64,000 bases of DNA from a virus. Lineage: Duplodnaviria; Caudoviricetes. The notes under the pieces were generated by a model. It had not been told where the DNA came from, did no database searches, and saw nothing but the letters and a program-made list of their open reading frames with translations. The translations under genes and the position numbers were made by a program. The stretch lies in IMG/VR virus record IMGVR_UViG_3300011008_002712. One strand, written 5' to 3'. Below, piece by piece: positions 49,427-59,215 of this stretch (positions are counted from its first letter, which is position 1; each line of letters opens with the position of its first letter).

Positions 49427-49771
49427 TTAAATAGCTTTAAATTCATTCATTTGATTCTCCACTTCTGCTTTTAATTGATTAATTCGATTTATTAAAAAAT
49501 CTTTAATGTACATTTTCATATTTTCTTTTTGTTCATAATCAAGAAAATCTAAAAACATAAACTCATCGCTATTATTAAGATACAAAGTAACATTATGAAT
49601 TCCAAATTTTTCTATTTTATCAACAGCATCAATTAAATTATTTATCTTCTTACATTTTCTAATGATACGTTTTCTAGAAATTTCTCTATCTTTATCATTT
49701 TCTCTTTCTATTTTGAATTGAGTATTTACATCATCTATGTAACTCTTTATTTTTTCAAAATTGCAACACAT
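49427..49771 (-). CDS. Hypothetical protein
   Basis: 114-aa ORF with AAGGAG RBS. Confidence 0.7.
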   Translation of the reverse strand: MCCNFEKIKSYIDDVNTQFKIERENDKDREISRKRIIRKCKKINNLIDAVDKIEKFGIHNVTLYLNNSDEFMFLDFLDYEQKENMKMYIKDFLINRINQLKAEVENQMNEFKAI

Positions 49772-49912
49772 AATTAATCTCCTTTGTATCTTAATTTTAA
49801 TTTATTTTATAAACAAATATAATTCATAATTATGATCGCAACAAATATTCGATTTTTTATTTGTAGTTTAATTATCATAAACATGCATGTCTATAGTCTT
49901 ACATACTCTTCT

Positions 49913-50038
49913 TATCCAAATTTACAAAAACGTGTTATAAGACATTTTTTCTTTAAACATTTTGAATACGTCGCTGCGTCGTTGTCCATCAAAACGCATT
50001 TGGTGTATTTGTTTTATATCATCTTCTATTAGATTATG
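49913..50038 (-). pseudogene. Remnant of homing-endonuclease C-terminal DNA-binding domain
   Basis: HNLIEDDIKQIHQMRFDGQRRSDVFKMFKEKMSYNTFL*IW aligns with HKLSLKDVIDIRTRYARGERRKNVYSLYRDKIGFKGFEKVW of the GIY-YIG gene; internal TAA, no start. Confidence 0.55.
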
Positions 50039-50085
50039 TCATAAATTTTATAAAAATGGGAGAAGATATCTTCTCCCATAAATCA

Positions 50086-52026
50086 TTATAAACTACTTAA
50101 ATCTGCAGAGAATGCATTTTCTTCTATAAAGACTTTTCGTAATGAAGCATCTTTCCCCATTAAAATTTCAAATGTTCTTGCCGCTTCTTCTGCATCGTCT
50201 ATACTAATTCTCATTAATGTTCTTTTGCGAGGATCCATGACGGTCTCTTTAAGTTCTTGCGCATTCATCTCCCCAAGGCCCTTAAAGCGATTAACTGTAT
50301 ATTTTTCGCCTGGATGTTGCTTTCTATATTCTTCTAATGCCTTGTCATCTGTAAGATACAATGATGTTGTATCTTTTTTAATGATTCTATATAATGGGGG
50401 TATTGCTGCATATACATGACCATTTGTTATCAATTGCGGCATATAATAATAAAACAATGTAAGCAAAAGTGATTTAATATGACTGCCGTCTACATCAGCA
50501 TCGCACATCATTATTACTTTATCATATCTGATGTTATTAATATCAAACGATTTTCCAACACCACCACCAACAGCGGCAAAAATTCCTTTTATGATTTCTG
50601 AATTAAGAATTTTTCCAATGTCTGCTTTAGAAACATTTAATATCTTTCCTCTTAAAGGAAGAACGGATTGGAACTCTTTCCACCTGGCAGCTTTTGTAGA
50701 CCCAGCTGCAGAATCTCCTTCGACTATAAAAAGCTCACTTTGTCCGTCATGATTTGCACAATCTGCTAATTTGCCTGGCAATGCCATTTTATTTAAATTT
50801 TTTGCTTTACGTGAATTTGCTCTAGCTTGTCTAGCCGCTAATTCTGCTACTTTTGTCTTATTTGCCCTATCAACAATCAAATCAATTGTTTTACACAATT
50901 GTTTATTTTTGATTATTTTTTCAAATCCTTTTTTTAGTACATCTACAACGGCATCTTTTGCAATCGCATTTCCTAATTTTGTTTTTGTCTGACCTTCAAA
51001 TTCTGCATTCGTCATCTTTAACGAAATTGTTACATATAATCCATCTTCAAGATAACGCATCTCAATAGGTTCTTTTATAAGTTTTTTGTTTATCGCATAT
51101 TCATTAATAATTTCTCTATATCCTTGTCTAAATCCAAGCACATGAGTACCAAATTCATAAGTATTTACACTATTAACAAACGCTTTTACTTTCCCACTTG
51201 GTTCAGTTTCATCATCATGAATAAACGAAATATCTACATTAATTTTTGAACCATCAAGATTATCAAAATCACCTTTTATTGAAAAAGGATCTTCATAAAG
51301 TTTTTGTCTATTTTCTATCATTTGAAGAGTATAGCCTCTAATACCATCTTCAAAAAAGAAAGTTTTATTTATTTTTCGTTTATCATTGATATAATTGATT
51401 GTAAGACCAGAATTTAATGAAGCAAGTTCTGATAAACGTTGTTCCATCTTTCCATAAGGTTCTAATGAAATTTTATAAATTGTTTTATCTGGGTGATAAA
51501 AAATTGTCGTTCCAGTTTCATCTGTATCTCCAATTATTTCTACATCTGTAACTGGAATTCCTTTTTCAAATTCCTGTCTATAAATATGACCATTGCGTTT
51601 TACGGTCGCAATAAATTTATCTGATACCGCATTTGTAGCACATGCACCGCAACCGTGCAAACCGGATGTTGCTGTTTTATATCCAGAATCTCCCATATGA
51701 GAATATTTGCCGCCAGAATGTAATGTAGTTAAAATTCCTGTTAATGTATCAATTGGATTGCCATTATCATCTTTAAAAATTTTCGATAAACCAACAGGAA
51801 TACCTCTGCCTCTATCAGTTATTTCAACAGAACAATCTTTAAAAATATGAACATCAATTACATTACCATGACCAGCCATAAATTCATCGATTGAATTACT
51901 AATAATTTCAATGAGAAGTTGTTCTGTGGAATTCAAATTTCCAAGATACATTGCGGGCATTTGACGAATGACATCAATATTTTGTAAAGATTTAATCTGA
52001 TCTACATCATATTCTATTTTACTCAT
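50086..52026 (-). CDS. Type IIA topoisomerase subunit B (GyrB/ParE-like)
   Basis: EIISNSIDE, DRGRGIP, LHSGGK, GLHG.G, VEGDSAAG, PLRGKILN, DADVDG, RFKGLGEM. Confidence 0.94.
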   Translation of the reverse strand: MSKIEYDVDQIKSLQNIDVIRQMPAMYLGNLNSTEQLLIEIISNSIDEFMAGHGNVIDVHIFKDCSVEITDRGRGIPVGLSKIFKDDNGNPIDTLTGILTTLHSGGKYSHMGDSGYKTATSGLHGCGACATNAVSDKFIATVKRNGHIYRQEFEKGIPVTDVEIIGDTDETGTTIFYHPDKTIYKISLEPYGKMEQRLSELASLNSGLTINYINDKRKINKTFFFEDGIRGYTLQMIENRQKLYEDPFSIKGDFDNLDGSKINVDISFIHDDETEPSGKVKAFVNSVNTYEFGTHVLGFRQGYREIINEYAINKKLIKEPIEMRYLEDGLYVTISLKMTNAEFEGQTKTKLGNAIAKDAVVDVLKKGFEKIIKNKQLCKTIDLIVDRANKTKVAELAARQARANSRKAKNLNKMALPGKLADCANHDGQSELFIVEGDSAAGSTKAARWKEFQSVLPLRGKILNVSKADIGKILNSEIIKGIFAAVGGGVGKSFDINNIRYDKVIMMCDADVDGSHIKSLLLTLFYYYMPQLITNGHVYAAIPPLYRIIKKDTTSLYLTDDKALEEYRKQHPGEKYTVNRFKGLGEMNAQELKETVMDPRKRTLMRISIDDAEEAARTFEILMGKDASLRKVFIEENAFSADLSSL

Positions 52027-52037
52027 AGATTTTCCTC

Positions 52038-52295
52038 CTACTTCCATCTGTCGTTAATTTTATAGCCATTCAGTCTCAATGATAAAAATCCCAATTCACA
52101 TAAATAAGAAAGATAATTTTTTAATTCTCGATCACAAAAATTGATGTTTTTACTTAGCAAAATATCAATAAAGTCTTTTAATGTTTTCTCTTTATTTCTA
52201 TTTTCATACATAAAATCATAAATGCATTTACACATAATCTGATTGTCAGAACACCGATCATAGTTTATAAATGCATCATGACAAGCATCACTCAT
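52038..52295 (-). CDS. Hypothetical protein
   Basis: 85-aa ORF with AAGGAG RBS. Confidence 0.65.
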   Translation of the reverse strand: MSDACHDAFINYDRCSDNQIMCKCIYDFMYENRNKEKTLKDFIDILLSKNINFCDRELKNYLSYLCELGFLSLRLNGYKINDRWK

Positions 52296-52379
52296 GTTTT
52301 TAACTCCTTTCGAAGAAAAACGACAGATCTATTTGATTTCAAATTAATCTGTCTACAAAATTTTATTTTTGTTGTTTCA

Positions 52380-53192
52380 TTAAAAAACATATTTTTTTAA
52401 TCTTTTTGCTATACGCTTAATTGAATTACTATTAAAAGTTTCGGCTATATAAACTTTATCATAATTTAATTTACTAATTATTTCTTGCATATCTACATTA
52501 TTCATCGTATCTTTTTCTATGACAGCTATATTTCCTATGATATGTCCTGCTGCAAATTTTATGTCAGAATCTATAGATTTTTTACCAAACCCAACAGTAC
52601 GTAAACTCATAATTTCCATATATGTTTTTTTGTCAATACTAAGATTAGATATAATGGATGTATGAGTTATACCAGTATAAACTTCTCCATCATAGTAAAC
52701 AAAAGCTTTGTCTCTACCTTTTTCAACATATCCATTTTCAATTTCTACAGTATCATTTACATCATCTTCTATGTCTGGAAGTTCTTTAAGAGTTTGAATA
52801 GCATGTGCTAAACGTTTTGTCTTTTTCTCAGTCAAAAGATAAACTTTATCAAATCCATAATTTTTTAATGCCTCAGCAATTTCTGATGAATATGCATTAA
52901 CTATTGTGACTTTATCAAGAAAAGCGCAATTATTAATGATATGCCCAAAAGCAAGACTTGAATCAATATCAAAAAATCCTTGTCTTGCTCGAAGTAAAAC
53001 ATCGCCATTCAAATTATATTCTTTTGATACTTTATCTATTAAATCATTATGAGTCTGAGATGAATTTCCAATGTATATATCGCCATCATAGTACATGAAA
53101 CAACCATCTCTATGATTAATTTCCGGACGAAGGTCTAAAACATTTTCGTCATTTATTTTGTCATCTAAATCAACTAAATCATCAATTTTCAT
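52380..53192 (-). CDS. Hypothetical protein, two copies of module B
   Basis: RD..F.YYDG...H...GHI..A...KVY...KR(L/I)A twice. Confidence 0.8.
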   Translation of the reverse strand: MKIDDLVDLDDKINDENVLDLRPEINHRDGCFMYYDGDIYIGNSSQTHNDLIDKVSKEYNLNGDVLLRARQGFFDIDSSLAFGHIINNCAFLDKVTIVNAYSSEIAEALKNYGFDKVYLLTEKKTKRLAHAIQTLKELPDIEDDVNDTVEIENGYVEKGRDKAFVYYDGEVYTGITHTSIISNLSIDKKTYMEIMSLRTVGFGKKSIDSDIKFAAGHIIGNIAVIEKDTMNNVDMQEIISKLNYDKVYIAETFNSNSIKRIAKRLKKYVF

Positions 53193-53371
53193 AATGCGTT
53201 ATTATTCACCTCCAAGGGATAACATCCATGTTGCTTTCTAAAATTCTCTCTTGCAACCTGCTTTTGTTTGGCGAGAGGCCAAGTCGGATCTATGGGTTGG
53301 GGTTCTACTTGCTTTCTATAGAAATCTATTTGATCTTCTAAGTTAAATTGGTTGAATATATTATTAAGCAT
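53189..53371 (-). CDS. Small hypothetical protein
   Basis: 60-aa ORF coupled to neighbours. Confidence 0.6.
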   Translation of the reverse strand: MLNNIFNQFNLEDQIDFYRKQVEPQPIDPTWPLAKQKQVARENFRKQHGCYPLEVNNNAL

Positions 53372-53373
53372 AA

Positions 53374-54210
53374 TTATTTCCTCTCTTTTAAAATATTAGC
53401 AACCCTTCTAAGTTCATCAAAATCATCAAAATAAATTTTTTCTGCGTAATTAGACAATGAATTCGCTACTTCTTTTCCAGATACATTTTCAGTATAAGTT
53501 ATGAAAGCAGAATTTCCACATATACTTCCAAATCCTAATGGAGGATTATTCATGTGTTCATTGATCAAATCTATCATATTATCTTCAGTGACATAAGTTT
53601 CATGAAATTTTTCTTCTAAAATGTCGGACAACACATGAACATGCCATTGATTTTCTTGGGATAAGTATAAATCCCCATCTAAATAAACAAATGCTTTATC
53701 ACGATTGTCAAAATCAATAATTTCATCAAGTTGCAATGTGTCTCCAACCTTATCATCTGTGTAATCAGCTTCATAAGCATTAGATATCTCGTGCATTGAT
53801 GCAACGCGCTTAATTGTGTCATTATAATAATCATAAAAATATACTTTTTTGAAGAATTGACTTAACTTATCTATTACATCTTTAACGTTGCAACGAAACA
53901 TCGTGTTTTTTTCAATAAATGCATAATCATCAACTACATCACCAAGAGCAATAGCCGGACCAAGTTCTCTTAGTTGTTGTTCTGTTGGACGTTCATTAAA
54001 ATCTTCTGAATTAATATGAAGCTTAGACAAATATTGATTAATTGCTTTATAATGTTCATCTGCAAAATAAATGTCCCCATCAATAAAAGCAAAAGCGTCA
54101 TCTCTGATTCCGTTGTCAATGACACAGTCTATTTCAAATTCATCACCAATGTTATCATCTTTATATAATTCGTCTAAATTTCTTCTTTCCATTGCATTTC
54201 TTCTAAACAT
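53374..54210 (-). CDS. Hypothetical protein, two copies of module B
   Basis: RD.AF..DG...H...G....AFI...K(V/I)Y...(K/R)RVA twice. Confidence 0.8.
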   Translation of the reverse strand: MFRRNAMERRNLDELYKDDNIGDEFEIDCVIDNGIRDDAFAFIDGDIYFADEHYKAINQYLSKLHINSEDFNERPTEQQLRELGPAIALGDVVDDYAFIEKNTMFRCNVKDVIDKLSQFFKKVYFYDYYNDTIKRVASMHEISNAYEADYTDDKVGDTLQLDEIIDFDNRDKAFVYLDGDLYLSQENQWHVHVLSDILEEKFHETYVTEDNMIDLINEHMNNPPLGFGSICGNSAFITYTENVSGKEVANSLSNYAEKIYFDDFDELRRVANILKERK

Positions 54211-55318
54211 GAATAATCAAATAATTGTTATTTTTTAAAGCAATACACAAATTGTTGCCGTTTTTTAATTTAATCGAATACATTGGCTGTTTTTCTTCAT
54301 ATTTCATAATTTGTGTAGAAACTACTTTATGATTATAATTATTGACATGATTCATGTAATTATGAAAATTTTTAAAATATTTTTCTATTTTTGAAAATGG
54401 TTGAGCTTTAATATGAAGTTGTTTTTTCTTTTCTTCATAATTGAACTCATTAATTTCTTTTCCTTCATCTAACAAAAGACGGCCTATTTTTGCCATATTA
54501 TCTTTTTTTATTGCTTTTCTTTCATCTGGAGTTTTAGTCAATTTGTTATATTCACTTTCCGTTAGATGATTCTCATATTCATATGATAAAATTAAAAATT
54601 CATCAAATGTTTCAAAATATTTGTCTATCAAAAACAAACTAATAGGATATCTAAGAAAGCCCAATATTTTTTTAGATTCTATTAAATCTTTGTCTAATAT
54701 AAAATACTTTCTTATTAAACAAGCTGCTGATGCCAAAATAACATTTCTTTTTTGATCGTTATTAAAATTTTTATCTCTTTCTGAATTATATTTATTTATT
54801 TTTTCGCGTTCATGAAATGTTTTATGCTTATTTGAATCTAGCCACATCAAATTAGTTGGATTATTATTAAAATGATTTTCGTCTATGTGATGAATATCAA
54901 AACCTCCAACATCTGTCTTAGGTTCCATATAATTCATAACAGCATGATGAGTAAATATGTATCTATTTTGAACAAAATCATAAAACATTTCTCTATTAAA
55001 ATTATATTCTTCTTTATTAATTTGAAAATTCATTGGAAGAAGACTATCTCCGTTTTTAAGAAGATTAGCACATGAAATACTTATGTCTCTTTTGACAAAC
55101 AAATGATTTTCATCACTTTCTATATAGTCTCCGCAATCAATTTTTGTAATGAATGTATTAAAAGAATAAGATTTACTTATAGATTTTATTTTTGATGGGA
55201 AAAATTGATAATTTTCATCTATAGAATAGACAAAAAAATCATCTTTCTTTTTAAACATATCATCTAATGAAAGAATTTCACCAGACAATAATTTTATTTT
55301 TGTATTTCCATGCAGCAT
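54203..55318 (-). CDS. Stand-alone degenerate intein (Hint fold) with HNH endonuclease, no exteins
   Basis: MLHGNTKIKLLSG block A-like, DENHLF block B-like, LKNGDSL, HHIDEN.FNNNPTNL HNH, NHKVVS..MYSI..IIHV-stop. Confidence 0.8.
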   Translation of the reverse strand: MLHGNTKIKLLSGEILSLDDMFKKKDDFFVYSIDENYQFFPSKIKSISKSYSFNTFITKIDCGDYIESDENHLFVKRDISISCANLLKNGDSLLPMNFQINKEEYNFNREMFYDFVQNRYIFTHHAVMNYMEPKTDVGGFDIHHIDENHFNNNPTNLMWLDSNKHKTFHEREKINKYNSERDKNFNNDQKRNVILASAACLIRKYFILDKDLIESKKILGFLRYPISLFLIDKYFETFDEFLILSYEYENHLTESEYNKLTKTPDERKAIKKDNMAKIGRLLLDEGKEINEFNYEEKKKQLHIKAQPFSKIEKYFKNFHNYMNHVNNYNHKVVSTQIMKYEEKQPMYSIKLKNGNNLCIALKNNNYLIIHV

Positions 55319-55338
55319 GTTTGTTACCTCATTTATTC

Positions 55339-56322
55339 TTAAATGTCAGCTACACGTTTAATATTATATTTATCAGGATAAGTATAAATTTTCTGTACTT
55401 TCCCTCTTAACGCATTTACTATTTCATTAACGTTGCATCCATCTAGCGTATCTGTCTCAATAAACGCAACGCCATTAGATATATGACCAAACCCCAATTT
55501 ATTTATTGGCATGTATTCTTCTATATCGTTTTTAGATGGACGGCCATAAGCTTCGCTATTTTCAAATTTAATATTCTTAGATTTAAGATACTTTTCAATG
55601 ACTTTACCATGCGTTGACGCTGCATTATCTCCCAATATTAACTCACCATTAATATACACAAAACAATTGTCTCTAGTATCATATTCTATTTCTCTAGAAA
55701 GAACAGATTCATCTCCAATTTTATCATCAACATCAATAACTTCATTAGCAAACAACGTATTAAAAGCTTGATTAAAATCTCTATCTGATTGACAAATCTG
55801 ATCATAATTATTTTCTGTAACTTCGACAATTTTACAGCCTTGTCCCAAATAGTAACTAAAGTTAAACAAAAGATATACATAAATTTCGTTATTCAGAATA
55901 TAAATATTTGTATCTTCTTCTATATTCTTTTTTGTTTTTTCTTCGTCACACAACGACAAAAAATCAACATTATGCTCTTGAATATATTTGCCTAATTCCG
56001 ATTTTGAAGACAAATTGTTTTTTGTTTTATATCCAGAAACCAATGTATTATAATCTTTTTCTTTAAAATTTTTATCTTTTATAAATTCTAAAACCTTATC
56101 TTTTTCTGGTATAACATATTTTTGACATTGCCACAATTCGGTAGTTATAGTTTTATATAAATAATCAATTATTTCTTGTTTTCCAGAAGCTTTACCATAA
56201 AATCTTATTTGACTATCTTTTATAATATCTCCTTTTCTTAAATCTTTTGATTGAGATATTGCTTGTTGCAAAGTAGCTGATTTTTCTTGAAAAATTAAAT
56301 GTCTTTTTACAAGCCTTTTCAT
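55339..56322 (-). CDS. Hypothetical protein, C-terminal copy of module B
   Basis: Start MKRLVKR at ATG 56322 after AGGAGG; RDNCFVYING..H..FGHI..AFIE..KIY..IKRVA. Confidence 0.8.
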   Translation of the reverse strand: MKRLVKRHLIFQEKSATLQQAISQSKDLRKGDIIKDSQIRFYGKASGKQEIIDYLYKTITTELWQCQKYVIPEKDKVLEFIKDKNFKEKDYNTLVSGYKTKNNLSSKSELGKYIQEHNVDFLSLCDEEKTKKNIEEDTNIYILNNEIYVYLLFNFSYYLGQGCKIVEVTENNYDQICQSDRDFNQAFNTLFANEVIDVDDKIGDESVLSREIEYDTRDNCFVYINGELILGDNAASTHGKVIEKYLKSKNIKFENSEAYGRPSKNDIEEYMPINKLGFGHISNGVAFIETDTLDGCNVNEIVNALRGKVQKIYTYPDKYNIKRVADI

Positions 56323-56380
56323 AAAAATGCCTCCTTTTTCTATTATACAAATAGATGAAACAAACTGAATTAAACCAAAG

Positions 56381-56743
56381 GTGAAATATGATATGAATTT
56401 AATTAAATTGCGCATTAAATTATCATCAAAAATAGAAGATTTTTTAAAAAATTTTTCATATGATTTTTTTGAAAAACATAAAAATGACATAGTTAATCTT
56501 GTCAAAAATGACAAGAACTATGCCAAAGCAACAATTAATTTTTATTTAGTTGGAATTTTATCAAACGATCCACAAGTAATAGATTTTGCAAAATCTTATC
56601 ATTATAGTCCAATAAAAATGGCATCTGTCATTGCAAATCATCCAACATTTCAATTTGTTTGTAATCAATTAGAACAAAATGCATTAAATCATTTTGGAGA
56701 AAATAACATTGATTTGCAACCTCCTTGGGATGCGAAATATTAA
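56381..56743 (+). CDS. Hypothetical protein
   Basis: About 116-120 aa, ends at bidirectional terminator. Confidence 0.6.
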   Translation: MKYDMNLIKLRIKLSSKIEDFLKNFSYDFFEKHKNDIVNLVKNDKNYAKATINFYLVGILSNDPQVIDFAKSYHYSPIKMASVIANHPTFQFVCNQLEQNALNHFGENNIDLQPPWDAKY

Positions 56744-56744
56744 T

Positions 56745-56770
56745 GAGGAGGAGAATTTATTCTCCTCCTC
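56745..56770. terminator. Hairpin between convergent genes
   Basis: GAGGAGGAGAAT/ATTCTCCTCCTC. Confidence 0.65.
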
Positions 56771-56775
56771 GTAAA

Positions 56776-58641
56776 TTATTTAAGAATTTCTAACAATTCT
56801 TCTTCTGTATAAATAATTTTAACATCATTTTTTTCTGCAGCTTTTAGTTTATTCCCTCCAGCTTTTTCTCCAACAAGAAGATAATCCGTTTTTTTGGTTA
56901 TGCAAGTACCAAATATATGACCATGAGAAACTATCAAATCTTCAAAATAGCTCCTCGGCTTATCAAATGTTCCAGTAACAACTATCGTCAAAGCATTCTC
57001 GTTTTGTTCATGCCTTTCTTCAACATCTTCTGGTATAATATATTCGTGTAATTTTTCAATGTCTTGGAGGGCACTAGAAAGATGACGAGATACAATTCCG
57101 CCGATGCCGTTGATATTTTTTATGTTATTACAATTATTTTTTACTTCTTCAATCAAATTATCATATGTTTTTATATAATCTGCTATGTCTTTAGCTGTAG
57201 CTTTGCCAATATTGTCTATTCCAAGGCAATATATAAATGTACTAAGTGGAACATGTTTTTTTGCGTTTTTAATATTATCTGCTAATTTTTGTGCGGATTT
57301 TTCAGCAAAACCAGGAACTGATAAAAGTTGTTCTTTTGTTACATCAAAAATATCGTGCCAAGAATTAAATTGCAATGTATCAAGAATTTTTTCAGCCGTC
57401 TTTTTAGAAAGTCCTCTAATATCTAGAGCTGGTTTTGATGCAATATATTGTATATGCAATTTCATTTTCCCCAAACAAGCATCATTATCGCAATATAGCA
57501 TTGCATCTTTCCTTATGATTTGACCGCCACAGACCGGACAAATTTTAGGTATCTCAATTTCTTTATAACCGTCATTTAAAACTTCTACAACCTGAGGAAT
57601 GATTTCATTTGCTTTTTCAACCAACACCTCAGAACCAATCATTAAATGTTTTGCTTCAATCCAATCAAAATTATGAATAGATGCTCTTTCAACTTTAGTC
57701 CCAGCAAGACGAACTGGTTCCAAAACTGCTACTGGAGTTATTTTTGTTCTTCCAATACTAAATTCTACATCTTTAATCCTTGTCTTTTTTCTTTCTGGAG
57801 GAAATTTAATTGCTATAGAATCTTTAGGATGATGTCCAGTTACGCCATATTTTTTATAACTATTTTCATCTAAACATTTCATTACAAGCCCATCAATATC
57901 ATAAGATAAAGAGTTTTTATCAAATGTTTGAATAAAATCTATCATTTCATCAAAGTCATTAAAATACCATGTATCTGGAGTTTCATACCCAAATTTTTTA
58001 AGCAATCTCAAATCGTCTTTGTAGGAAAGAACATGTCCTTTAATATCTTTATCTTTTTTTCTTATTTCATAGGCAAGAAAATGAATTGGATAATACTTTC
58101 CATCATCTAGATTATGCAAAATACCAGCTGCTGCATTTCTAGCATTTTCAAATAATTCTAAGCAATTTTTTTCTCTAGATTCATTAATTTGAATAAATGT
58201 ATCTTTATCTATAAACGCTTCTCCTCTTACGACATATCCAGGCGCGGATCCCATGCTAATTTTATTGGCAAGTGGCAAGATATCTCCTTGTATTCCTGTA
58301 CCACGCGATACTCTTATATTATTTTGATAATCTACTAATGTCAGTCCGTCAATTTTTGGTTGGATCATGACATTGCTTCCAAATTTAACGAAATATTTTT
58401 CAATTTCTTCTACATCTGAAGATTTTACTTTTTCAAGAGACATCATATCAAAATCATGTTTGCGTTTAGCAAAATTATGATTCTGATCACTTGGAATATA
58501 ATTCAAATCTTTTGCTCCATATTGTGAAATATAATCATTTCTAATCTTATCATATTCACTATCGCTTACCAACGGATGATTATTTTCATAATAAGCAACA
58601 TCATACATATTGATAAGATTAAGCATCTCCTGTTTTGTCAT
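56776..58641 (-). CDS. ligA: NAD-dependent DNA ligase
   Basis: SDSEYD, MMSL.K, PKIDG, RGE, NARNAAAG, IDGLV.K, C4 zinc finger, BRCT. Confidence 0.95.
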   Translation of the reverse strand: MTKQEMLNLINMYDVAYYENNHPLVSDSEYDKIRNDYISQYGAKDLNYIPSDQNHNFAKRKHDFDMMSLEKVKSSDVEEIEKYFVKFGSNVMIQPKIDGLTLVDYQNNIRVSRGTGIQGDILPLANKISMGSAPGYVVRGEAFIDKDTFIQINESREKNCLELFENARNAAAGILHNLDDGKYYPIHFLAYEIRKKDKDIKGHVLSYKDDLRLLKKFGYETPDTWYFNDFDEMIDFIQTFDKNSLSYDIDGLVMKCLDENSYKKYGVTGHHPKDSIAIKFPPERKKTRIKDVEFSIGRTKITPVAVLEPVRLAGTKVERASIHNFDWIEAKHLMIGSEVLVEKANEIIPQVVEVLNDGYKEIEIPKICPVCGGQIIRKDAMLYCDNDACLGKMKLHIQYIASKPALDIRGLSKKTAEKILDTLQFNSWHDIFDVTKEQLLSVPGFAEKSAQKLADNIKNAKKHVPLSTFIYCLGIDNIGKATAKDIADYIKTYDNLIEEVKNNCNNIKNINGIGGIVSRHLSSALQDIEKLHEYIIPEDVEERHEQNENALTIVVTGTFDKPRSYFEDLIVSHGHIFGTCITKKTDYLLVGEKAGGNKLKAAEKNDVKIIYTEEELLEILK

Positions 58642-58666
58642 AAAACCCGCCCCTTTCTTAATGTTA

Positions 58667-58698
58667 ATTATAACATATAGATTAATTTTTGTATATAG
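58667..58698 (-). promoter_or_regulatory. SigA-type promoter, CTA-extended class
   Basis: CTA-TATACA-N17-TATAAT with TG. Confidence 0.6.
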
Positions 58699-58757
58699 CT
58701 TGCGTTAAAAATTCAAAAAAATAAAATGCTATAGTTACAATTCTATAGCATTTTGTT

Positions 58758-59108
58758 TTATTGACGACTTTTATCAATAGGCAATTTTAACGTATCTTCA
58801 AAAATCTTTTTTGCAGCTCCATTCCCACCTAATGCAGAATACGATTCAAACAATTCTGAAACATTTTCTAGTTGTTCTACAGTAATAGACCCCTTTACTT
58901 CGCATTGTGAGCAAACATATAGTAATCTATCTCTTAATATAGCTCTAATACCATTTTTTAATGCTAATTCTTCTTTTGTTATTTTATCTTCTGCTGCATC
59001 CCTGCGTTCTTGTTCTTTTGCTATTTTTTTACCTAAATATGCAACTACTACAGATAAGACTGAGGATACGATCATGAATATTATTTGTAACCAAACCGGA
59101 ATATCCAT
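58758..59108 (-). CDS. Single-TM holin-like phage protein
   Basis: N-terminal TM, G.RAILRDRL, Y.ALGGNG motif. Confidence 0.65.
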   Translation of the reverse strand: MDIPVWLQIIFMIVSSVLSVVVAYLGKKIAKEQERRDAAEDKITKEELALKNGIRAILRDRLLYVCSQCEVKGSITVEQLENVSELFESYSALGGNGAAKKIFEDTLKLPIDKSRQ

Positions 59109-59215
59109 GTATATGAACCTCCTGCATCCATCTCGGATCTTCGCGTTAAAATCTCTATAAAAAAGTAATATTTTTTTATTTAAGTTTTAACACTTAATGC
59201 TCTAAGTAAGAAGAA

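Noticed and set aside
54160-54210. Readthrough of TAG giving the orphan intein a C-extein
   Set aside because: The residue before the stop is Val, not Asn, and the frame closes again about 10 codons later
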